Below, in pieces: positions 30,136 through 38,400 of a stretch of DNA of 64,000 nt. The stretch comes from Verrucomicrobiales bacterium (GTDB lineage Bacteria > Verrucomicrobiota > Verrucomicrobiia > Verrucomicrobiales > DEV007): positions 118,455-182,454 of the forward strand of contig JBLWYI010000013.1 of NCBI GenBank assembly GCA_048267005.1. The letters run 5' to 3'. The position numbers and the translations under genes were made by a program. Below the pieces are notes generated by a model. The model made no database searches, was not told where the DNA came from, and worked only from the letters and a program-made list of their open reading frames with translations. Each line of letters begins with the position of its first letter. Within the stretch, counting starts at the first letter, position 1.

Positions 30136-31647
30136 CGCCCTGAAAAAAGTCCGGCAGGGGAGTTGCGGCGTAGTAGTCTTACGTCGTTGAAATTTCTCTT
30201 CATATTACTTATCCCGATCCTTTTCGGAGGGAGTCTGGCAACAGGGCAGGAGTTGCCCGTTGCGGCGCGGATTCATTGTTCCGGTTGCCATCAGCCTCCC
30301 CGCCCCGGTTCCATGACCCGGGAGGCTTGGTTTCCTACGATCGCCATCATGCTCGAACTGATGGAGGAACAAAAGTTCCCCCTTCCGACCCGGAGCCAGT
30401 TTATTGAGATCACTGACTTTTACGTGAAGAACAGCCCGGTCGATTACGAACCGGCGAAGGACGACCTGGAGCCGTCGAAGATTCCTTTTGAAAAGGTAAC
30501 GGTGGGGGATAAGCCGGTCAATGAGCGGCCGCAGGTCACTAACGTGAGAGTTTGTGACCTGGACGGGGATGGGCAATCCGATGATGTGGTGGTCTGCGAC
30601 AATGAGTTTGGAACGGTCAGTTGGCTGCGATTGCTGGACGATGGAAAGACCTGGAAAGAAACCGTCATTGCGGAGGCGCCGGCTCCGGTGCGGTCGACTG
30701 TCTTCGATTTTGATGGCGATGGGGATATGGACATCGCGGTATCAGCGATGGGATTCATGCACCCTAACGATCGGTTGATCGGTGAGTTCCATTTGCTGCT
30801 GAACCGGGGAGATCAGACATTCGAGCAGAAAGTTCTGCTGAAGGGCACGCCACGCATTGCAGATATCGCCCCGGGGGATTTCGACGGGGATGGCGACTTT
30901 GATTTCGTGATCGCGATGTTCGGATGGCGGACGACCGGCGGGATCGGGCTGTTGACTCAGGAGGCAAACGGGAAGTTTAAATTTGATACGGTCTTCAAGA
31001 TCAACGGAACGATGCGGGTGACCCCTGCGGACCTGAACGGAGATGATAAGCTCGACTTTCTGGCACTGATCACGCAGGAGCACGAGACTATCGGGGGGTT
31101 TATGAATCAGGGGGACGGGAAGTTTGCAGATACGGTCGTCGCGAGAGCGAATCACCCGGTGTTCGGCTCATCGGGGATCGAGTGGGCCGACCTCGATGGT
31201 GACGGGGACATGGATATCGTCTACTCGAACGGCGATATGATGGATGAAAACCCTGAGCCGAAGCCGTATCACGGGATACGATGGTTTGAGAACAGAGACG
31301 GTAAGTGGATCTTGCACCAGATCGCCCAGATGCCGGGCTGCTTTTCGGGTTCGGTCCGTGATATGGATGGGGACGGCGACCTCGATATCGTTGCCTCAGC
31401 TCTGTACTTTCATTGGGATGTGCACGACTTTCCCAGCTTGATCTGGCTGGAGAATACCGGAGGCGCGAAGTCCTTCATACGCCGGAGGATTGCCTATGCC
31501 CCGTCAAACCTGGCGAGCACAGACGTGGGAGACCTGAACGGAGACGGTCTCCTCGATATTGTGGGCGGCGGGATGCATGTTCCCGGGCCGACGGGCCGCA
31601 AGGGACGCCTGACCCTATGGTTACAAAAGCCGGCGGAAACCGACTGA
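30118..31647 (+). CDS. FG-GAP / VCBS repeat beta-propeller protein (integrin-alpha-like), secreted
   Basis: Repeated 'DxDGDGDxD' loops ('DLDGDGQSDDVVV', 'FDFDGDGDMDIAV', 'DFDGDGDFDFV', 'DLDGDGDMDIV'). Start uncertain: GTG at 30118 lies inside the REP-like element; TTG at 30187 would yield signal peptide 'MKFLFILLIPILFGGSLA'. Confidence 0.75.
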   Translation: MIVKRSRPEKSPAGELRRSSLTSLKFLFILLIPILFGGSLATGQELPVAARIHCSGCHQPPRPGSMTREAWFPTIAIMLELMEEQKFPLPTRSQFIEITDFYVKNSPVDYEPAKDDLEPSKIPFEKVTVGDKPVNERPQVTNVRVCDLDGDGQSDDVVVCDNEFGTVSWLRLLDDGKTWKETVIAEAPAPVRSTVFDFDGDGDMDIAVSAMGFMHPNDRLIGEFHLLLNRGDQTFEQKVLLKGTPRIADIAPGDFDGDGDFDFVIAMFGWRTTGGIGLLTQEANGKFKFDTVFKINGTMRVTPADLNGDDKLDFLALITQEHETIGGFMNQGDGKFADTVVARANHPVFGSSGIEWADLDGDGDMDIVYSNGDMMDENPEPKPYHGIRWFENRDGKWILHQIAQMPGCFSGSVRDMDGDGDLDIVASALYFHWDVHDFPSLIWLENTGGAKSFIRRRIAYAPSNLASTDVGDLNGDGLLDIVGGGMHVPGPTGRKGRLTLWLQKPAETD

Positions 31648-31655
31648 AAACAGAC

Positions 31656-32135
31656 TCAGTTTGTACCCAGGTCTTTCTGGATCTGTTCGAAATCTCCCTC
31701 TTCGCAGCAGCGGACGAATCCTTCAATGAAGGCTTTCAGCTTATCCCATACGAGTCGGATCTGAGCGGACTCTTCGGGGGTGATGGTATTATCAAGGGCT
31801 GCCTGTGAAACTACAGTGAGGAGTCCGGCGAACTGCTGGACGATTTCGTGGGTGGCTGGAACCACTTCATATCCCTCCTGGCAGGAGCTTTTCGGGTTGT
31901 TGACGAAATAGCCGCCGGCCTGCTGGCTGAGCCATTCGACAATGGCCGGTTCTTTGGTCAGCTGAATGAGCTGTGAGACCCGATCGAGCGGGTTCTTACT
32001 GCCGGAACCGTTTTCCGAGTTGGGTTGGGCCCACTTATAAACGAGCGAAAGAGAGACCCCCATTTCAGAGGCGATTTCTTTCGGGCTGGTCGTTGGGCTT
32101 TCGAAGGCAGTCTTGAGGACCTCGTGCGATTCCAT
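31656..32135 (-). CDS. Small HTH DNA-binding protein (putative transcriptional regulator), divergent from the NfeD-flotillin operon
   Basis: ATG at 32135 ('MESHEVLKT...'); HTH-like 'SPKEIASEMGVSLSLVYKWAQ'; ORF-track 70-codon upstream extension rejected. Confidence 0.6.
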   Translation of the reverse strand: MESHEVLKTAFESPTTSPKEIASEMGVSLSLVYKWAQPNSENGSGSKNPLDRVSQLIQLTKEPAIVEWLSQQAGGYFVNNPKSSCQEGYEVVPATHEIVQQFAGLLTVVSQAALDNTITPEESAQIRLVWDKLKAFIEGFVRCCEEGDFEQIQKDLGTN

Positions 32136-32420
32136 AGGCGTAGATTTTGGTTTAATTAGTGGGATAAAACAAGCTTCGGTTTTCTGAAGTTGAGACGATT
32201 TCATCAGAACAGCCCGGGATCGTCCGTTATAAACGCCTGTCTGTATTGTAACGGGAGTGATGACATCGTCGAAACTTACAAAAGTATCGACCAATTGTAA
32301 TGGGCAAAGGACGGGCAACGGGGCAACATCCTCACATGCGGTCAAAATAAGAGTAAGCCAGCTTGACGAACCTCATTTGAATTTTACACACTACCCACCA
32401 AGAACCACAGACCACAAGCC

Positions 32421-33167
32421 ATGCCAGAAATCATCCAGGAAGCGTTCAGGGGAATCAACCTTCCGATCACCATCGCACTTGGTGTCATTCTACTTTACTG
32501 GATAATCGCCATGTTGGGTATGATCGACCTGGATGCCATCGACGGATTTCTGGGGCTTGATACGGACGTTCACGTTGATGTGGACGGGCACGGGCACGGG
32601 CAAGGGGGCGACTCCGTAGATGGACACGGTGATGTTGAAGGACACGGCGAGGGGGCAACTCCTGAATCCCATTCGCCGAATGCCTTTCAGGCTGTTGCAA
32701 AGTTCATGGGCGCACAAGATGCGCCCATCATGTTTGTGCTGAGCACCTTCACGCTCATTCTCTGGGCGGGGAATTTGATCGGGAACTATTATTTCAACAA
32801 AGGTGACTCCACCTTTCTCGCCAACTGCATTCTGGGAGCCAGTCTGGTGGGCGCTTTCCTGCTCACCAAGCTTACGGTGCGCCCGCTCCGGCCTTTGATG
32901 AAAATGATGCGAACCGCATCGAACAATGAGCCTGTGATCGGAATGGCGGGAACGGTCCGCTCCAAAGAATTAACCATCGAATCAGGACAGGTAGAGGTGA
33001 TACAGGATGGCGCGTCCATTTTGTTGAATGCCCGGCTCTCCGAAGGTGCGTCCCGGCAGGTTGATCGAGGTGCTCAGGTATTGATCGTTGCGCGCGACGA
33101 TGACGGTAAGCGCTACGTGGCCAGGCCTCTCACACCCATTTCACAGAAAGAAACCAATAACAATTAA
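32421..33167 (+). CDS. NfeD-like membrane protein (short form, C-terminal OB-fold) with His/Asp/Gly-rich insert
   Basis: N-terminal TM helices, His-rich loop 'HVDVDGHGHGQGGDSVDGHGDVEGHGEG', C-terminal beta-rich NfeD-type domain; immediately upstream of an SPFH gene (canonical pairing). Confidence 0.75.
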   Translation: MPEIIQEAFRGINLPITIALGVILLYWIIAMLGMIDLDAIDGFLGLDTDVHVDVDGHGHGQGGDSVDGHGDVEGHGEGATPESHSPNAFQAVAKFMGAQDAPIMFVLSTFTLILWAGNLIGNYYFNKGDSTFLANCILGASLVGAFLLTKLTVRPLRPLMKMMRTASNNEPVIGMAGTVRSKELTIESGQVEVIQDGASILLNARLSEGASRQVDRGAQVLIVARDDDGKRYVARPLTPISQKETNNN

Positions 33168-33192
33168 CTGAAAACCGGAACCCTAAGAAACT

Positions 33193-35283
33193 ATGATACT
33201 AGCAGATATACCATTTTGGGCTCAGATCCTTGGATTCGCGATAGTCGCGGTCGTTGTGATTCTGTTCGCCACCGGCATCGTCTATGCCAGCCTCTTTAAA
33301 AAGGTTAAGAAAGGAACCGCTCTGGTCGTGACCGGTTCGGGAGGAACAAAAGTCTCCTTTAACGGGATCTTTGTTATTCCGATCTTTCATCGTGTTGAAG
33401 AGATCGACCTGTCTGTAAAGCGGATGGAGGTCGACCGGACCGGAGCGAACGGCTTGATCTGTAAGGACAACATGCGGGCGGACATCAAAGTTGCCTTCTT
33501 TGTCCGGGTGAATCCAACCAAAGACGATGTCATCCGCGTTGCGAATTCAATCGGGTGTGAGCGGGCTTCGAGTCTCGCTGAGGTTGAGCATCTGTTTGAT
33601 GCGAAGTTTTCTGAAGCCTTGAAGACTGTTGGTAAGCGCTTCAACTTCATTGAGCTTTATGAGGAACGGGACACCTTCCGTGATGAGATGATCAAGTTGA
33701 TCGGGACAGACCTCAATGGGTTCTCTCTTGAAGATGCGGCGATCGATTTCCTTGAGCAAACTCCACTGAGTTCGATGGATCCGGACAACATTCTCGATTC
33801 AGAAGGTATCAAGAAGATTACCGAACTGACCGCTACCCAGGCAAAGCTGGCGAACAATATTCAACGTGACAAGGAAAAGGTCATAAAGCAGCAGGACGTC
33901 GAGGCGAAGGAAGCAATTCTTGAGCTGGAACGACAGCAGGAAGAAGCGGTGTCCAAGCAGGCCCGCGAAGTGGCCAACGTTCGTGCCCGTGAGGAGGCGG
34001 AGTCTGCGAAAGTCATGCAGGAAGAAAAGCTGAAGTCCGAGCGTGCCCGGATTCAGACTGAAGAGGAAGTCGAGATCGCGACTCAGAACAAAGAGCGTGA
34101 GGTGATCGTTGCCCAGCGTAACAAGGAACGGACTGATGCCGTGGAACTTGAGCGGGTGAAGCGTGATCAGGAGCTTGAGGCGATCGAGCGGGACCGTGTT
34201 ACAACTCTGAAAGAGATCGAGAAGGAGAAGGCGGTTGAGATCGAGAAGAAGGAGATCCAGGACGTGATCAAGGAGCGCGTCGCAGTTGAAAAGCTGGTGG
34301 TTGAAGAGCAGCAGAAGATTCTCGATACCGAGGCCTTTGCCGGAGCTGATCGTGAGAAGCAGGTTGCCGTGACACTTGCGGAGAAGACAGCGCAGGAAGG
34401 CTTGATTCAGAAGATCAAAGAAGCCGAGGCAGCCAAGGAAGCGGCCCAGCTCAAGGCGGATCAGGACCTTTACGAGGTTGTGAAAAGAGCAGATGCCAGC
34501 AAGCAGGCTGCTGAATTGAAAGCTGAGGAAGTGGTCGTGGCCGCGGAAGCAGAGCAGACCGCATCAGAGAAACTCTCTGTGGCGAAGAAAACTCTCGCTG
34601 AAGGTGTCAAAGCTGAGATGGCGGCTCCCGGGTTGGGTGAAGCTGATGTGGTTGCTGCCCGCGGTAAAGCGGAAGCGTCTGCGGTTCAGGCGAAAGGCCT
34701 GGCGGAAGCTGAGGCAATCAGAGCGCATGGTTTGAGTGAAGCTGAAGGTATCGATGCGAAAGCGGATGCGATGAAGAAATACAACGACGCCGGTAAAGAG
34801 CATGAAGAATTCAAGCTCAACCTTGAGAAAGCGAAGGCGGTTGAACTCGCTGAGATCGAAGTTCGTGCCAAGGTTGCGGCGAAGCATTCTGAGGTCATGG
34901 CTGAAGCGCTTAAGTCTGCCAATATCGACATTGTCGGTGGTGAGACTGAGTTCTTCGACAAGATCACGAGTGCCATCACTCAGGGGAAAGCGGTTGACCG
35001 TCTGGTCGATAACAGCCACACCCTGACTACGGTTCGCGACACGTTCTTCACGGGTGATCCTGAAGATTTCCAGATTCAGATTCGCGAGTTCGTGGATCGG
35101 TTTGGAGTCTCCAGTGATGACCTGAAGAATCTCTCGATTGCCGCACTTCTCACCAGCATGATTGACCAGGCAGGTGACGATGGTGATACCAAGGGTAAGC
35201 TTGGCAGCATGTTAGGTGCCGTGAAGCGCTTCGGTATCAGCGACGAAAATGCCGGAAAAGTAATCAAGCGATTGACCAGTTAA
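33193..35283 (+). CDS. Flotillin / SPFH (band 7) family protein with extended E/A/K-rich coiled coil
   Basis: N-terminal TM anchor; SPFH core 'FIVPIFHRVEEIDLSVKRMEV...DIKVAFFVRV'; 696 aa, longer than typical FloT/YqiK. Confidence 0.9.
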   Translation: MILADIPFWAQILGFAIVAVVVILFATGIVYASLFKKVKKGTALVVTGSGGTKVSFNGIFVIPIFHRVEEIDLSVKRMEVDRTGANGLICKDNMRADIKVAFFVRVNPTKDDVIRVANSIGCERASSLAEVEHLFDAKFSEALKTVGKRFNFIELYEERDTFRDEMIKLIGTDLNGFSLEDAAIDFLEQTPLSSMDPDNILDSEGIKKITELTATQAKLANNIQRDKEKVIKQQDVEAKEAILELERQQEEAVSKQAREVANVRAREEAESAKVMQEEKLKSERARIQTEEEVEIATQNKEREVIVAQRNKERTDAVELERVKRDQELEAIERDRVTTLKEIEKEKAVEIEKKEIQDVIKERVAVEKLVVEEQQKILDTEAFAGADREKQVAVTLAEKTAQEGLIQKIKEAEAAKEAAQLKADQDLYEVVKRADASKQAAELKAEEVVVAAEAEQTASEKLSVAKKTLAEGVKAEMAAPGLGEADVVAARGKAEASAVQAKGLAEAEAIRAHGLSEAEGIDAKADAMKKYNDAGKEHEEFKLNLEKAKAVELAEIEVRAKVAAKHSEVMAEALKSANIDIVGGETEFFDKITSAITQGKAVDRLVDNSHTLTTVRDTFFTGDPEDFQIQIREFVDRFGVSSDDLKNLSIAALLTSMIDQAGDDGDTKGKLGSMLGAVKRFGISDENAGKVIKRLTS

Positions 35284-35465
35284 ATTAACAAGGCGGGTCC
35301 ACCGGTTGCGACAATTCCTCGTTGCACCGTGGACCGACGCCGTATTTGAGGGCCGTTTGGCTTTGCCTGAACGCTACCTTCCAAGAGGTATCGAACGAGG
35401 AAGACAAATTATAGAGAACCACGGGAGGACGAGAGATCGTTGATGTCCTTGGAGCTGAAAACAAC

Positions 35466-38400
35466 ATGCCCGAAGAACCAATAGAAAAAAACACTGACGC
35501 CGGGGCGTCAGGAGCGGAGCAGCAACTCGAAGGCGGTGCCTACGAGATCATCCGGAACCGCCTCACGCAGCACGGTTCGGATCTGCGAACCCGGCTTGGG
35601 AAACTCAACTCGGAACGGCAGGCCGTCTTTGGTGCCGTTGAGCCTGCCTTAATCGCGACCGAGCGGGTAACGACCGACAATAATTGTGAAGCCCGTGACA
35701 TCATCGCTGTCGGCGATAACAAGTTCATCTTTGGTTACAATGTTCACATCGGTCTTAAGTCGATAACTGATCTTGCAGATGTGTTTGCGGCTTATGAATA
35801 TGATCCTGACACGCACACATTTTCGGATGTGGGATTGGATATTCTGAACAAGGGCACTTTTGCCGAGGACTTTCTTTACCTGTATAAATACTATCGGGAA
35901 ACAGTCTTCGTGAAGTTTATGAAGATCGGGCCGCACCTCTACATGGCGTTCCGGGTGGGCAAAAAGGTGGATGACATCAAATGCTTCAAGTGGCTCATCA
36001 AAGAGGGTGGTGTTCTGGAATACATTGGCAACCGGTTCGATCATGAATACAGGTTTCCGCCTCAGCAGGAGTTTGAGTGGGTGCGCGCACATCGCGGGAT
36101 GTACCGCGAGGGGATGCACCCGCATGTTTCGATCGACGACCGGCTTTTTGTTGAGACCGTGGGAGGCGACCTGACTGTAAAGGTCGAGGACAACACAGAG
36201 TCAGGGGAGGGGATTTACGAAGAGCAGGTGACCAATGAGGATCAGACTCTGGATGACGCCGAGATCTTTTATGCCATTGTCGGCAGCCTCATTTTGTTGA
36301 AGGTCCTGCCTTATCAGGAAAAGGATTACCGCTACCTCGTCTACAATGAGAAAGTCAAGTCGGTCACCAGGATTGATTCGATCGCAAACTCCTGTGTGTT
36401 GCTTCCGGAAGATCACGGGATCATCTTTTCCGACGGCTTTCACCTTCAGACAGGGGATACCAAGCGTTTCGATTCAGGACTGAGAGATATGCTCTTTGAG
36501 CGACGGGTCGCTTCGCCCAATGGAGAGGATTTCCTTTACGTGTTTTACAACCGGCTGTCAGGGACCTATGTCCTGATGTCGTACAATCTCATCGATCAGA
36601 AGGTTGATAACCCGATTGTTTGCAACGGTTACACCGTTTTTAAAAACGGGGAGTTGATCTACTTCCGCACGGATGAAGAACCGAAGAAACACCATGCTCT
36701 TCAAGTCTGGACAACGCCCTACATGGAGGGCGAGTTCCGTGTCGATGAGAAGACGGACAGCTACCTTTTCAAGATCGGGAACGCAGAGGTGGTGCGTGCC
36801 ATGGCGGAGTGCCATGAGATATTAAATCTGATCTCCCGGGATGATTCTTACGCCGACTTGTATGTGGATCTGACCAAGAAAGCTGGTGACCTGATTGATA
36901 CTTACTTCTGGATTGGCCAGGAAGCTGCGTTCAACTTGAAAGCTGCCCTTGGTGAAATCAAGGGAGCTGCAGAGGCAGCAATATCCGAGTTTGACAAGGT
37001 TCAACGCCTTCGCAAATCAACGGCTGACGAGTCAAAACGGGTTTCCGATTCAGCGAAACAAATCGCTAAGGCGGCGCGTAATACACGCCCCGATGACATC
37101 ATGGGTTTCGTCCACCGGTTATCGGAATTGCGGACCGTTCGTGGAGAAATTATTTCCCTGAAGGATCTGCGTTACGTTGACTCTGATACGGTTGAATCTC
37201 TCGAAGCTGAGGTGGTCGAGGCTACCGAAATGGTGTCGCAGAACTGTGTGGAGTTTCTTCTGGAGCCTGTTGCACTTGATCCTTACCGAGAGCAGGTCTC
37301 AGTTCAGGAGAAACGGGTTCCTGAAGTGGCGAAAGTAACTGAGGCGGATCAGGTTGAGGAGGAACTCGACAAGGCCGGAGCGGAGTTGGAGATGCTGATT
37401 GAGATCGTCACGAACTTAAAGATTGAAGACGCGACGCAGACCACGCAGATCATTGATGATATATCGGCCATCTACGCGACGCTGAATGCGGTTCGTGCTT
37501 CGCTAAGGAATCGCCGCAAGGCACTTTCGAAAACCGAAGGCGCGGCTCAGTTCGGGGCGCAGGTAAAGCTGATCAACCAGGCCGTGATCAATTATCTGGA
37601 TTTGTGTGAGACGCCGGAAAAGACCGACGAGTATCTCTCCAAGGTCATGGTCCAGCTCGAGGAACTTGAGGGGAACTTTTCGGACTTCGAAGATTATGTT
37701 GATGAACTGACCGAAAAGCGGGACGAGATCTACAACGCGTTTGAATCAAAGAAAGTCGCTCTTGTCGAAGCGCGAAACAAACGGGCTGGATCGCTCGTGA
37801 AGTCAGCCGAGCGGGTTCTCACTACAATTCAGCATCGACTTTCCAGTCTCGATTCAATCCCGGATATCAATGGCTATCTTGCTGGCGATTTGATGGTCGA
37901 GAAAGTGCGGGATATCATTGAACAGCTCAATTTGGTCGGGGATTCCGTCAAAGCCGACGACATTCAGACACGGCTGAAAACGCTGAGGGATGATTCAGTT
38001 CGTCAGCTAAAAGACCGCCAGGAGCTGTTTGTCGACGGAAAGAATATTATCCAGTTCGGGAACAATAAGTTTTCCGTCAATTCACAGGAGTTGGAGCTCT
38101 CAATTGTTCCGCACAATGAGAAGATGTGTTTTCACCTGAGCGGGACAGATTTCTTTGAAGCTGTAACCGATGAAGAATTTCTATCGACAAAATCGGTCTG
38201 GAATCAGGAAGTGCTTTCAGAAAACCGAACCGTTTATCGTGCTGAATATCTGGCGTGGAAGTGTTTGCAAGCCGGTGTGGAGCCGACTCTCGAAGCCGTT
38301 CAGAAATTCATGGCTCCGCGATACGCGGAGGGTTATACCAAAGGAGTTCACGACCGCGATGGATTTGCCATCTACGAAAAGCTGCATTCGGTTCACAGCC

